A stretch of DNA of 64,000 nt from Eledone cirrhosa. Lineage: Eukaryota. The DNA is taken from assembly GCA_964016885.1 (NCBI GenBank), contig OZ024742.1:86986001-87050000 (forward strand), read 5' to 3'. Both the position numbers and the translations under genes were made by a program. The notes under the pieces were generated by a model that saw only the letters and a program-made list of their open reading frames with translations, had not been told where the DNA came from and did no database searches. Within the stretch, counting starts at the first letter, position 1. Each line of letters starts with the position of its first letter. This document shows, in pieces, positions 12,268 through 27,152 of this stretch.

Positions 12268-12506
12268 AGACGTAAGATAAGAAAATTATAAAATTAACTT
12301 ACTTACTAAAATATCACTTCCAACTAATTAGTTTCTGGAATGGAGTAGATACATCTTCCGAAGAAGGTGTGGGGAAACATCCCGTCATCAGGAAAGTCAA
12401 TTCTCATATAAGTTCCAGGCAAAGCCATTCCAGAAACTAATTAGTTGGAAGTGATATTTTAGTAAGTAAGTTAATTTTATAATTTTCTTATCTTACGTCT
12501 CTTATA
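12262..12506 (-). mobile_element. Young fold-back insert with about 82-bp inverted arms, carrying a hammerhead
   Basis: 12262-12343 is the reverse complement of 12425-12506 with no mismatch seen; starts directly after (TA)n. Confidence 0.88.
12316..12397 (-). ncRNA. Hammerhead ribozyme with extended stem II
   Basis: Minus: actttc-CTGATGA-cgggatg...cattcca-GAAA-ctaatta-GTT-ggaagt; 6-bp stem I, palindromic stem III ACTAATTAGT, GUU site. Confidence 0.8.
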
Positions 12507-12603
12507 TTATTGCTCTGCAACCCCATGCATTGAACCACAATGTTATTAAGACAAAACCTATATATTTGCTAGCATCGATATGCATTTGTATGTATATATA
12601 TGT

Positions 12604-12649
<46 letters not shown>

Positions 12650-12979
12650 TCGAGTATGTGTTGTTTAATTACATCAGTATGCAGAGTAGTGCATTCAACG
12701 AAGTGCGCAGCTGGGTTTGTTTACTCGGGTGTAATATAAATATCAGAAGTGAAAGTCAACAGGTTAAAATTAATTTCGTTTATGATATTTTCTGTTATTT
12801 ATATTTTGGTGAAAACCATCATGCAACAGCCATGACCGCATCAGTCAACGAGAATCTTAACAGAGAAAACAGAAAAACTAGTGATTGGACGAAGTTAAAC
12901 TCTGTTGTTTCGAACTTTTGATATGCCCAATGCTGAACTATGTTATTGTTTTTCACAAAACACTGGTGATACCAATTCG

Positions 12980-13110
12980 GATCTAGCTGTTGAAACGGCA
13001 GCAGATCAGCTGTCGGGGTCCCGAATATTTCATATTACCCACTCTACTAACCCAAGTATCAAAGGTGAAGTTGGAATCAGTACGGAAAATATATTTACGG
13101 GTCTGTTTAC
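12980..13110 (+). repeat. Unclassified dispersed repeat (second copy about 14585-14710)
   Basis: gaaacggc...cagc(t/c)gtcggggtcc...tattacccactctact...aagtat is shared by both loci. Confidence 0.7.
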
Positions 13111-13158
13111 CCTTTTTGTTTCGTCAAAGTGACATTTTTGAAAAGATAACATTATTAA

Positions 13159-13335
13159 AGTATCGGTAGAGGGTCGGACGCCATGCTTTCCAGCATAGTT
13201 ACGTCCCTTTACGATCTGTGTTCAAATCCCGCCGAGGTTGACTTTGCCTTTCATCCTTACGGGGTCGATAAAATAAAGTACCAGTAATGTGCTGGGTTAT
13301 TGCTGGCCTTGTGCCTAAAGTAGAGACAATTATTA
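13159..13335 (+). mobile_element. tRNA-derived SINE
   Basis: B-box GTTCAAATCC, core gcctttcatccttacggggtcgataaaataaagtaccag, flanked by attattaaa direct repeats. Confidence 0.92.
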
Positions 13336-13399
13336 AAAAAATAAATGAGGGGGACAATTCTTTAAAAAAAAAAATTATAATGTATATAAAGTATATGAA

Positions 13400-13446
13400 G
13401 AATTACCGGTTTCGATGTGTTATTAAAATCAATCTTATCAATGTCG
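13400..13446 (-). ncRNA. Degenerate hammerhead-like motif (U3-A8 core)
   Basis: Minus: TTGATAA-gat...atc-GAAA-c-cg-GTA; same layout as 2583-2629 but stem I does not pair. Confidence 0.45.
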
Positions 13447-13855
13447 AGTGTACAAAAATAAAAAAAATAGTTAATAGTAGTTAAAAAAGAAGGGGATAAA
13501 ATTAAAATCAAATGTTTGGAATACATTTTCTTTCATCCTGCTTGCTGAAAAATTGGGTGGAATGAGGAGGTTACTTGTTTTTCTTCAGAGGAAGGAGTTG
13601 TGCTTTGTAAACCATGCTGTGAGTGCATTGTGTTAATTGAGTGGTCAAAAGTTCAAAAGGGGATAGGGGATTGTAAGTTAGAGGTGGATTATGTAGAAGT
13701 AGCAATAGAATTGTATGATAAATGTTATTATTGGAATGTGGTTTCATACACACACACACATATGTGCATTGTTAAAGGGATTGTGACAGACATAAAGACA
13801 AATAAAACACACACACACATGTGTATGTTGTTATATATACACACTCACTCCCCCC

Positions 13856-13916
<61 letters not shown>

Positions 13917-14171
13917 TAATATATATATATATATATATATATTCATTAGTTAAGCAAAAAAGGCCACACACTTCACAAGGAACTTCTGCATGAACCCAGC
14001 CATCTAGCTGCTTTCTAAGGCATATTGCACATTGAGTACATGCCTTTACGCTTTGGCTTCTAACTAACTCACCAATCTCTCCTCTCATATCTCCTCTACT
14101 ATCTCCATCTCTCTCTCTCTCTTTTTATTAACACTTTTTCTCGCAAAACAAATTCATCGCCCTCTTATATA

Positions 14172-14261
<90 letters not shown>

Positions 14262-14284
14262 CTCTGATCAGAGCAAACAACACG

Positions 14285-14498
14285 GACACTCTATCTCAAA
14301 ATTACTTTTGAAAAGCATTTAGAAATGCGCAACCGGTAAAAACTTAAAAACTTAAAACCACAACTGAATACTAACCCATACAATCACTAATACTCTTTTA
14401 TTCCTAATTAAACCATCTTTCAACTGTGAACAATTTGTCAGCATTTTCTATTCCGTTTACCAACATATAACAACTTGTGTGTTACACCTCTATTCTTG

Positions 14499-14576
<78 letters not shown>

Positions 14577-14932
14577 TATAGGAGTCCAGAATTAGCCGTC
14601 GAAACGGCTTGAGCTCAGCCGTCGGGGTCCTACTCGTTCTATTACCCACTCTACTCCCCTAAGTATTGAGTAATTTGGTGCGTTATGGTCCATCTGGTTA
14701 TTTAACACAACTCCTTCGTTATATATATATATATTTAAAAAATAGAGGTGTGACACAGGAGTTGTGATATATTAGTAAAAAAGGAAAAAATGCTGACAAA
14801 TTTTTCTCAGTGAAAAATACTTTAATTAGGAATAAGTATACATTACTAATAATATTGGTTAGTGTTCAGTTTAAGTTTCTACCGGTTGCGCATTTCTAAT
14901 GCTTTTCAAAAATAACTTTGAGATAGAGTGCT
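14285..14932. repeat. About 200-bp inverted repeat enclosing (TA)n tracts
   Basis: cactctatctcaaaattacttttgaaaagcatttagaaatgcgcaaccggta...gtgttacacctctatt (14288-14494) versus its reverse complement at about 14740-14930. Confidence 0.85.
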
Positions 14933-17112
14933 CTTGATGTTTTCTCATATATACTTATGTCACAATGTTCTATATTTGATCCTCAGAAATGTGCTACTTT
15001 CATCTGTATCAATATACATGCAGCACTGAACAACGCAACACTCTGAATTGAATCGCATTTCTTACACGTGAGCTGCTGTTATATGTTGCTCTCCTGAAAA
15101 TATCCCCTTTATTGATTGACTCCCTCAGAATTGTGATAAATCTTTAAACTATATCCACACTCTATGAATGTTAATAAAAGAAATGTGGCCATGGATATGT
15201 GAATAACTGAATTCCGTAAAATTAGAATTGTTTTAACTGCTAAACAAAACTCAATGCTCCCGGCATATCATTGCGTAACGGACAGTTTGCCGGAGAGAAA
15301 ATATATTTAATTATGCAGCCTGAAAACATTTGTCAGTCTCAGAGGATGAGTTACATAGGATCCATCGCAATCTTTTTTTGCCACCAGCACATTCACTTAT
15401 TTATGTCTCCTACAGTATATTACAATGTTTGTTTTACATTTAACAGAAACATAATCAAAACCTCTATGGAATAAAATGTTATTCAGACAAAAAAACAGAT
15501 ACTGATATTTATGAGATCGTTGTAGCATAGTATTTTTCATGTCATGTATAATTTGATTAGAGTATTTGTGGAAATAAACGGCTCTTTTTATATGTTTCAA
15601 TTTAAATTATCTTTCATCGAAAAATATTTTCAGATATTATACATTTGTTAGTATATGTTATTGGGGGCATTAGCAACAATAATTACAAATTTGTCAATGC
15701 TTCCTGAAAATCCGATGCTGTATTCCTGATTAATTTCTGAAACTTTGTTTATGAGTGTACTTTATTTCATAACGTAAGCGAGATTGACATTTTTTCAATG
15801 TTACTCGAAAATAAAAAAAAACTGTGCTCCCTATCAATGTCGATGTCGATATTTTGCTCCAAACTATTTTGATTGGCATGTATTTGATCAATATGCACTT
15901 CAGGTATGGCAGTTATGCTTTTTTCTTTACAATTATAGTGTATATAGTCGCGTATTATTATATCTTTCAATTGTTATTCTTATAATTGTAGTGTTTACAT
16001 TAAGGAATACTTACATGCAAACGAAACGACTGCAACCTCGCTGTTTCAATCATGGCAATTACGCGTTAAGTGTAGATGGTGGTGGTATTCATAGCACAAA
16101 TGCTGTTAGTGAAACTGGTGCCATTTGTAAGATTCATAAGATTGTGGTAGTATTAATGAAATTAATTGGCATTAATTTATTATTACTTCAGTACACCTCT
16201 GAAGAACAGTTGATTTAATGTTTCCCTGTCGTGATGTTTCAAACTTTAATTCAGAACGTATATATAGGAATGTAAGACTGATTTTGAGTTTCAGTTTATA
16301 ATCCAGCGAATAATTGGAGAAGGAAGAATACGGGTTATTCTTGGGTATGTTTCATCTAAGGAGGGTGACAAATGTCAACATTATAGGAGCCTGCTTTTCA
16401 AGGAATTTAACCTGAATGTTTAAACTGGAAAATCCCTGTCAATATATTTTGTTTTCATTATTCATCTGATAATATATTGAATGAGTTAGGGAACAAAAAT
16501 ATGGGGCGCAGCATTGTCAATTTATGCTCAGATTTCCATACCAGCAAAAATATATTTTTATAATCCTCAGTAATTATGCAATCGATACGTTAGAATGAAT
16601 TACGCATATCTGTTGCAATAGGATATTGGAGATACATTCATGAGAAAAGCGTTTGAAATGTATTGATGAGTATATCGTCTGTGTATATTTCAGCTTACTT
16701 TCAATGATAGAAATTTAGAAATATGTTTAAATTCAAGAAATCTATATGCTAGACATCGCTTTGCTCGGAAGAATTTAACATATATTTTCCAAGAAGAAAG
16801 GAAATGTCCTAAACAATAACACACTGCATAAAAGTTGTTGAATTCCAAAGTATCTATTTTGTTGATATTGTGACATATATTGATTATTTCAAATTTACGT
16901 TGTTTATAAATGAGTAAACAATTTGAGAAACAGTTATAAATATGGAGACCAATATGCGAAATGATGTATTGAAATGTATATGTAAATATGCTAGACAAAA
17001 TAAATGTTAAACAGCCAGATATCGACCAAATCATATATGCAGTACTTTCATACACATACACACACACACAAACACACACTCACGCACACCCACTCACACA
17101 CACACATATATG

Positions 17113-17170
<58 letters not shown>

Positions 17171-17199
17171 TTACATGGAAGAAATATATTAGTTATATG

Positions 17200-17450
17200 T
17201 TTAAAATAGCAGGAGAACTTCTTAACGATTCTGAATCTCGTTCTTGTTCAAAAGATAGAAATTGATATACAAGATAAATAGAAAGTAAAGAGTGGTGAAA
17301 TAAAGAAACGGAAATTCAGGTGGGAAAAGAAACACGTCCATGTTCAGTCAGTCACCTTTACTTTCTATTCATTCATAATTATTACTCTATATTCTAATGA
17401 AAGTATGATTCGTGGAGACATTCTTCCTGCTATTTCAACCGTTAAATAAA
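17200..17450. repeat. Old diverged inverted repeat between (TA)n tracts
   Basis: aaatagcagga / tcctgctattt and atagaaagtaaag / ctttactttctat pairs. Confidence 0.55.
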
Positions 17451-17502
17451 TATAATTCTTCGATATGCTGTGCCGTTTGTTTCATTATTTGTGCTAATAT
17501 TA

Positions 17503-17666
<164 letters not shown>

Positions 17667-18553
17667 CATTAGGGATTTATTTGCTTTAACATATGTGGCT
17701 ATGTCTATTATAACTGTCTACATATGTCTACTACAATATATATTGTTCAGTCGTATGCCATAATTAATTATCTATCAAACTTCATCAGAAAGCCTATGAT
17801 ACTGGAAACGACTATCAACTACATGGTAGAATTAAGCAATGGGATCTTCGTTTAAAAAAATGTAAATAAGTTAAATGACAAAAAAAAAAAAAAATTGAAT
17901 GAAACACAGTCAGTTAGTATGACAGTGGAGAGGAGAGGAAGTGGGGGGAAATGCTTTCACATTATCAATCTGTGTGCTGTGATGTGGGACAATTATTAGT
18001 AACACAACAGTTAGTTCACCACAGCGAGAACAACTGTTTCACCTTAGCGGATCTTCAGCTCCTACTGGTCATGGTTATACGGAAAAGGAAGTACAACCGT
18101 ATGAACGCGCATGCGCAGAGATGATCACTTCACCCAAGCGACACAAAGCCACGAGCGAAAGGTGTAAGAGAGATAACTGGGAAAATCCGGAAAATTAGAA
18201 AATTAGAATGTTGATGTTATTCAATCCGGAGCTTTGTAGTTATGCACGATGTGTTTCTAAACATGTGGACAACGTGAGGAGATTTCATTTCTTGAATTTA
18301 GGCAATCGTTATTGCGTAATCTCCTTAGAATATGTATCCTTTCTTCAATACACTGTCGACAAGACGGATTGTCCTTGCGTATAGATTGGACCTAGTGATG
18401 GCTTTCTATTGAATGGAGTAGTCGATATCTGAGTCCAGGAGGGACCATAACTGGCTCGAGAGCTTCGTCTATGGTCGTTTTCCCGGGTATCTAAAGATCG
18501 ACTGATGGTTCAGGAAGAGTTCCTAAAATCCGCCCGCCACCATACCCACATAG

Positions 18554-19350
<797 letters not shown>

Positions 19351-20929
19351 TTATTGCAACAACACAGCTCGCTATATTCTTTATTCATATATATATACAT
19401 ATACATATATAGTGGAACTACCGTGCCAAATAATCGTCATTTACTCATATCAGCATATCTGAGTTATTTATTTTTTAGTAACATAAAACTAGACCACGCG
19501 TCACGCATTCATTGCGCACGATGAGAGTATATCCTAATGATAATATGTTTGACTGTCCAATGAATCTAGATCATTTTACTTAAAACGCACATGTAATATT
19601 TTAAAACTTAGTTTTGTTGTATATTCTAAAATCAGAAATCAATATTACAAATGCATGAATAATTTATCAATTGAAAAAATATTTCTCAAAAACACATTTA
19701 TAATACACAAAAGAGTAATATGAGTTAAAATGATAACAAATATAGAAAAATGCAACGCTACACTTTCATTATCTAATTGAATTTAACTTACATACGCTGT
19801 ACGTATGTAAATGACATTAATATAATTATAATTATTATTATTATTTGGCTATATATTTTAACCAACTTTTAATGGTGTCTCGCGACGGTTATATACTAGA
19901 CTATATACTTTTTATTTCAGCACTGCCGGTAAACAGTGTCCTTTCCCGATATTCGTTCTAAGACCCACTTTATTCATTCTCTGTTCCTTCAATACTTGTT
20001 TCAAAATGACACATCGCAATAATGAGGGTACAGTTTCTTTCCTTCTCAATTACAAAACTAACAAGTTTTGAAACTTCATCTCTGTCTGTATTGGACAATG
20101 CCCTGAGAGCTTTAACATACCTTTCTCTTGCACTTTTATCCCATTTGTGACACTATGTTTATAGCTTGTTTTTCTGTACAGAGAAAACCATACGTTTTAT
20201 ACAATAGCCATTTGTGTCACTCCGAGTACAGCGAGCGACCGAGGCCTAGATGCAAAGGCGTTGGGTTCCGTGTGGAAAGTCTTAAGGGGATTTGGGACGG
20301 TGGATGTACTCTCTGAGAGCCCAGAAGGACTGAGAACAAACAACATTCCAAATAAAACTAATCTCTTTTGTTTCTTTCCTCTATTCCTTCATTAAATTAT
20401 ATGCAAGCCATGCATCATCATTCAGATATTATTTCCACTTATTTAAGATGGACTTGACAATAACAAGATGGTCTTTAGGTAGCAGGATATTTGTCTTTCA
20501 CTCATTCTGATACACCGGTAGCAGCTCATTCTGCAGCAAGTCGTCACAATACAATTTTGCAGAAAATGTGCTAGACAATATATGACAAAGCAAACTGAAG
20601 CAAGCAATAGTACTATTATTTTAAACTAAAGAAAATATCCTTTTACTCATTATGAAACATATATTTCCTTCAACTATCCAACCTGGAATTTCTCCGTGTT
20701 GTACACAATGATTTAGTTCCTTCCCTAATCAAGAATGAATACTTTTATATATTTTCAACCAGGGCCCTTTCATCCAATAAAGTCCAAGGGATTTACACTT
20801 TGGTATTTTCCAAACTTGCTCGTGAATGTCTCCCTTTGATATACATTCCAATCTATATTTTCTTTTATTATTCTTTCATTATTCTTATGATCAATTTTAT
20901 CTATCCCACTCGCTTCTTAGATTTGATCA

Positions 20930-21050
20930 AATCTGAGTTCAAATTCTGCTGTGGCTAACTTTGTGTTTCTTCCTTACGAGGTCGATAAAATTATGTACGG
21001 GTAATGCACTGAGATAATTGCGGGCCTTGTGCCAAAAGTAGAAACAATTT
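20930..21050 (+). mobile_element. Degenerate SINE copy
   Basis: ctgagttcaaattc...ccttacgaggtcgataaaa...ggccttgtgccaaaagtagaaacaatt. Confidence 0.8.
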
Positions 21051-21199
21051 TATCTATTTGTGTAACACTTAACCCGACTAAATGTTGCCTTAATTTACTG
21101 TTTCATTTATCTCCTTACTACATTAAAACCTTTCAACTTTATTATATTACTCATTCCCATGCGTGGTTTGCCCCCCCCCCCCTTATGGAGACGCAGGTC

Positions 21200-22436
21200 C
21201 ATGCTCTCCTACAGACTCGTCGGGCATACGACTGATGAACCGGTTTAATTGACAGGGTTCTTCTCCTCTCCGACAACTTCAGATGGACAAACAATGGGAC
21301 GAGGTAATCAGCAGGTTGGCCTCTCTTTTCGGTAAATGGGTTGAGTGGAAGCTGTCCCTGATAGGTTTGGCAGAATTGGCGAACGCGCACATCGCGTACG
21401 TTATCTAATGCCACCTGGATACATTGCCTTCTTCTGTAATAATTCCAGCCTCACAGCATCGTGTACTCATACGCTATTTCTGGTATCTTCTTGTTTTACT
21501 AGCTAAACGGCTCAACTGCTGCTCATTGGAATATTGGATACGCTGTGGATGAGGATGCGCAATCATGCGCTGATGCTACATCATCTTCAACTCTTCCCTG
21601 ACAGTGAACAGGTGTGACTGGAGTGTAAAACCGATGAAGATTTGGGGGATAATCTGTGCGTAGAAAATTAGCCAGTATTTTCTGGGGAACTTTCGATACA
21701 GTACACATGGTTAACTTCCAAAAATCCCCGATTGTGTTTGCTAAATTGGAGCACAGCGAGTTCAAGATAAACTCTACAGTTACGGAAGTGCCGTCTAGTG
21801 AGCCTGTCCTCAAAGGTTAACGATATATACAACATCATCGAGTGTCTGAGCATTGCTGACTTGTGAGATATTTGTCGAACATCTGCTGTCACGCGTAGTA
21901 TGGATCCCGCTATCAGCTGTGTCCATCAGGATGATCACCTCTTGTTGAATTCCTTTAGCCGCGAATATCAGGCCGTGTTTATCGGATTTGTGGCCATATT
22001 TGCGTGGATACGTCTGTAATGTTTGAGGTCATGGACTTTCCACTTCAGTGAAGCACTTGTTACCTTTATCAGGTTTCACTTGAAGAGAAAACCTGGGGTG
22101 GAAAGGTAGGTAGTGGAGGTAAGCAGTCCGCTGAAAGATAGGTGAGTGAGATGAGCATGGCCATAGAAAAGAAGCGTGCTTTTATTAAGTACATCAGACG
22201 AGGAAGACTGTGAGGGGGCATTTGCCCTAGAGGTCATGTTACTGTGACTTTTCGGTAGCTTCCTTCAAGTATGGCACTCTGAAATACCCATTATCGGGTA
22301 ATTGTTTGATGGTTAACATGTTTTCCTTGATTTTGATAAGAAGAAAACGCGTTACACGTTAAAAACCACATTCTACTCTGCTATTCCCTCTTTATTGTTT
22401 TTTTTATGTGAGCCCTGCATGGCTAATAAAGTAAAT
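21200..22436 (+). mobile_element. Highly degraded Tx1/L1-like LINE 3' part
   Basis: Patchy similarity to about 54800-56146 (aacttccaaaaatcc..., tttcacttgaagagaaa) and a tail tttatgtgagccctgcatggctaataaag followed by TTA repeats. Confidence 0.65.
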
Positions 22437-22456
22437 TTTATTATTCATATTATTAT

Positions 22457-22648
22457 TGGGCGGTGTATTGGGAGCATCGGTAGATGGTCGGACGCCATGC
22501 TTTGACGCATAGAGTTACGGCCCTTGCCATCCTGAGTTCAAATCCCGCCGAGGTTACCTTTGCCTTTCATCCTTACGGGGTCTATAAAATAAAGTACCAG
22601 TAATACACTGGGTAATTGCTGGCCTTGTGCCAAAAGTAGAAACAATTA
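22457..22648 (+). mobile_element. Full-length tRNA-derived SINE
   Basis: Head gggcggtgtattgggagcatcggtag (A-box-like), B-box GTTCAAATCC, core and tail; inserted in a TTA tract. Confidence 0.92.
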
Positions 22649-23565
22649 GTTATATTATTATTATAACAACACTTCATATGCACTGAGAAATATTTAACCG
22701 ATGCCTACCTCAGATTGTTAACTAGTCACGTTTCATTAGCACATATATGATACATGATGCTGCATTCCAAATCTTCTAAGCCGGATTGGTTTTAAGAACA
22801 CATGATTTTGCATTTCGTTGTTACGCCGTGTTTAATGCCACCCGTAGAAACCTGTGATTGAATCCATTCATTTCAATTATCACAGGATGTAACCAATTTC
22901 GCGTAACTGATTCAATGCTGGCTATTTATTGGGCCAGCATTTTCGGCAAATTTTCCGCAGTAATATATTGCGAAAAATATTGATGCTTTTCATTCTTTAC
23001 ATTCATTACATCCTAGGGTTATGAAGCATATCTTTCTAAATTATTTTTTTTATGTTGGCACAGTGTTATTGGCGTTTATAAAATTAACTTGTGCAAAATC
23101 TATTCATACATTTGATAAATTTATAGTGTATTGAGAACAAGTTATCATTATGTCATGATTCCAAACAAGTCGATAATATTAAAATATATTCATATTAATT
23201 TCATATGAAGTGCACTCGTTTCATCTAAACAATGCTGAGCGTTGCGTCGATTATTTGGTTCACAGAAATTGTTTCAAAGTCCAAGAGCTAGTTTTATTGG
23301 GAGTTCAAACGATCTGCTCTATCACATAAGATCTAGCAATGATTCGCTCCCAGAATTACGTCATGCTTACACATCTTGATGGTCCAAATGTCATTCACAC
23401 ATAATAAATCGAATGGAATTTCAACTGAGATAACAACTGAAAGTCTCCTCTAACAACCGATGTATTTTGTTGTACTTTTACTGTTACCTTTACAACTGTG
23501 TATATAGATCGTTAAGGGATTTTTACACAGTCAATGGTGCTTGAGAACTGATAATGTTTCGGATG

Positions 23566-23732
23566 TAGACACAAGGCCAACAGTTTTGGAGGAGATGAAA
23601 GTCGATTAAAAGACCCCATTGTGTTAGTGATACTTTACTTTATCGACTCCGTAAGGATGAATGGCAAAGTCAGATTCGAGCTGGGAACATTAGAATGTTG
23701 TAACTAAATACCACAATGCATGTTGTCCGACT
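23566..23732 (-). mobile_element. Older SINE subfamily copy
   Basis: acacaaggcca...tactttactttatcgactccgtaaggatgaatggcaaagtc; shares the core but has a different tail insert. Confidence 0.7.
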
Positions 23733-24261
23733 CTCTGCAAATACTGAATATGTTTGCCATGTGGCTACACTTATCATCTTACTATTTCCTCAAAACCATG
23801 AAGTAAATTGCGACTTTCAAGGAACGAATAATTCCGATATTATGTATCTTGTATATTCATTCATGAATTCCATGTTCATAATATACTTGGTATAGTGATA
23901 ATAATAATCTGAAATAATACCGAAACATATTCCCGCAATAGGTTATTAACTTCTCATAAAATATATATTGTGTTTGTCTCTGTTCAATGATTAGCAATAG
24001 TGTCATCTAATAGTTAGTCATAACTTCAAAATGAATAGTTTAAGCCACTATCACAGAAACATCAAACTTGTGATTTTTACCAAACGACTGATCCTGTATA
24101 AGAAATAAATACAGCATATTTATATACATTAGTGATAATAATATAACAATGAAAGAATATAAAAGAAAGTAGAATATATTAGAATCACTATAATAGTATT
24201 TAGGAAAATAATTTGACTTCAGGTCATAAGGATTTCACATTATGTTCTCAGGTAGTATATA

Positions 24262-24605
24262 AATAATTGTTTCTACTTTTGAAACAAGGCCAGCAATTAC
24301 CCAGTACATTACTGATACTTTATTTTATCCACCCTGAAAGGATGAAGGCAAAGTTAACCTCGGGGTTAACTTTGGTAGTATACAAATAATTAATGGTTAA
24401 AGTAGTATATAAATAATTGTTTCTACTTCTTGGCACAAGGCCAGCAATTATTCCAGTGTATTACTGGTACTTTATGTTATCGACCCCGTAAGGATGAAAG
24501 GCAAAGTTAACCTCGGCGGGATTTGAACTCAGTCCGTAGAGAGACTTAACTGTGCTGCAGAGCATGGCGTCCAAACCTCTACCGATACTGCCAATCCACC
24601 GCCAA
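24262..24605 (-). mobile_element. Two tandem SINE copies (partial 24262-24362, full 24412-24605)
   Basis: Reverse complements of the SINE consensus; flanking repeat gta(g/c)tatataaataat. Confidence 0.9.
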
Positions 24606-24616
24606 GGTACTATATA

Positions 24617-25092
<476 letters not shown>

Positions 25093-25432
25093 ATCTCATC
25101 CAGAATCTGACTATAATGCATTCCACCTGAAAATACCACATATCACAAAATAGGACATTATTGATCTTGTAACATATTTCGATTTATTGGCAACACCGTA
25201 TAATATATAAGGATGGACAACAAAGAAAACAAATTTCAATAGGTTTCAGATGATATTTCCAGTTTTATCAATAACAATTACAACTGAATGGAAATATGCA
25301 ACTTAATTTAGACTTAACATTTTATCATATTACTTGACAACAGTCATCGTTGAGACATACTATTAATAATAATAAATATTTCCAATTTCATTTTTTTGTT
25401 TTTTCTTTCATTCGTTTCATGATAATAATACT

Positions 25433-27152
25433 GATTTCTTTATTGGAAACAAGGGCTGACATGAACAAAAACATTACAGATGACTAATGACGGTACAGGA
25501 CGGTACGATGTGGGTTTTGTGCGTGTAAATATTTTTATTATTTATATAAGAAAAGGTTAACTTTGCCTTTCATCCTAAGGGGTCGATAAAATAAAGTACC
25601 AGTAATGTACTGGGTATTTGCTCGCCTTGTGCCTAAAGTAGAACCAATTATTTATATAAGAAAAGAAAAAAAAACACAAAGAAACATATATATATATATA
25701 AACAATAAACATGAAAATTGAAACAATGAAAAATTCCCCTATAGTGGGGAAACCTCCGAGGGTTACTCGTAGCGAAAACCACACAAAAGACTACGGCAAC
25801 CCTGACCACCAGGGCAAGCGCACTCTCTCAGTTTTTCCATTTCTCAAACTACAGACGTATATTCAGTGCGGTCCCGTTCACTCGGACCATTCTCGCTACC
25901 TTTCAACAACCTTGCTATAAACTTGCTAGGAGGCAGCACTTGCCTCTCCACCCTGATTTTCCTCTTCAAGTGAAACTTGAAAAAGTTAATTAGGGATTCG
26001 CCGAAGAGGAAAGTGTCTGTCTTTAACTTTTTCAATCTTGTCCACCACCCAATCTCTTTCGCCATGGCCACCAGGCAGACGAACACCGCCTGCCCTTCCT
26101 CCTCGACGGAAGATGGCGAGACCATCCGCACAATGTACTCAGTCGATAACCAATCAGTCCTACACGCGACAGCAACTGTTCGACATAGCTCCTCAAGTCA
26201 GCAATGCTCGGGCACTGAACGAGTGCGTGCACGACGATTTAGACGCTTTGCGCGCATCTTGTACAGGCTCGGGTGACGGCACTTCCGTGCCTGTAGAGCT
26301 TATCTCGAACCGGCAGCGCTCCTCGGTAGCACTGCCAGGGATTTTTGGAAGTTATCCATAGGTTCTGGGTTGAGAGTTCTCTGAAAGAGAGCAAACAGCT
26401 GATCTTCTTCGACGCCCAGTATCTCTCCGAGAGCATCTTCGCTCTTCCTCTCCACTAGTCCTCTATAGAACGCCGACGTGGATGTTCCACCGATACTGAT
26501 GCCCTGCTAGAAGAGGGCAGTGAGCCCCTGGAGACATTCCAGTTTCCAAGCGCTATCCTTCGTTCTTTTTATGACCCAGGACTGCAGCTCCGTCAAGGAG
26601 ACGAGCTGTGGGAGAACCTGCCTGGCGAATGGCGACCACACCTGTTCACCGTCAAGGAACCACCAGAGATGTCGCAGCCTCAGCGCATGTTTGCGCATCA
26701 TCAGCTATGCTATGCCCAGTCTTCCAGGCAACGGGTGTTGACAGCAGATGGATCGTCTGAAAATGGGAGCGCGTCCCTTCCCAAAAAAGCGGAGTGGATG
26801 CGCTCCATTTTGGTGAGAGTTGGGCGGGGGCAAGGGACGACGGTGAGGCGGTAGCAGATGTCGGATGCGATGTTCGCATTCGCCCCCTCCGTCCGGCCTT
26901 TCAGAGACAGCTTACTCTCGGCCCATTTCTGGGTGAGGGAGGCCACCTTGCTCGTAACCGCGTTCCAGTTTTTCTCCATCTGGAGGTCCGGTCCGAACCA
27001 GACCCCGAGCAATTTAACCGGTCCATCCGTCCAACACCGCACGGCGCTGTCGGACGGCATGGACTTTCCTCTCCAGGTGCCGAGCTGCATGTCCACCGAC
27101 TTTTCCTGGTTTATCTTTGCCCCTGTCACTGCTTCGTATTTCTTGAGAGCGG
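25433..27152 (-). mobile_element. 5'-truncated Tx1/L1-like LINE (ORF2 3' part + 3' UTR), interrupted by a SINE
   Basis: Minus-strand peptides YEAVTGAKINQEKS, LSLKGR, WQCYRGALPVRDKLYRHG...C..C, HALVQCP match 54791-55897; tail at 25433 abuts aataata. Confidence 0.9.
25556..25650 (+). mobile_element. 5'-truncated SINE with 19-bp TSD
   Basis: TSD attatttatataagaaaag at 25537-25555 and 25647-25665. Confidence 0.9.

Noticed and set aside
15271-16218. Short ORFs in unique AT-rich sequence as host exons
   Set aside because: No recognisable motifs or convincing splice context; small exons cannot be excluded without RNA-seq.
18104-18118. GCGCATGCGC (NRF1-like) promoter motif
   Set aside because: Single short palindrome with no CpG island or adjacent exon evidence.
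20190-20340. Possible Tx1 ORF2 remnant
   Set aside because: Similarity to about 55140-55210 is too weak to support by eye.
22457-22550. tRNA gene
   Set aside because: A/B-box-like motifs belong to the SINE head; no complete cloverleaf.
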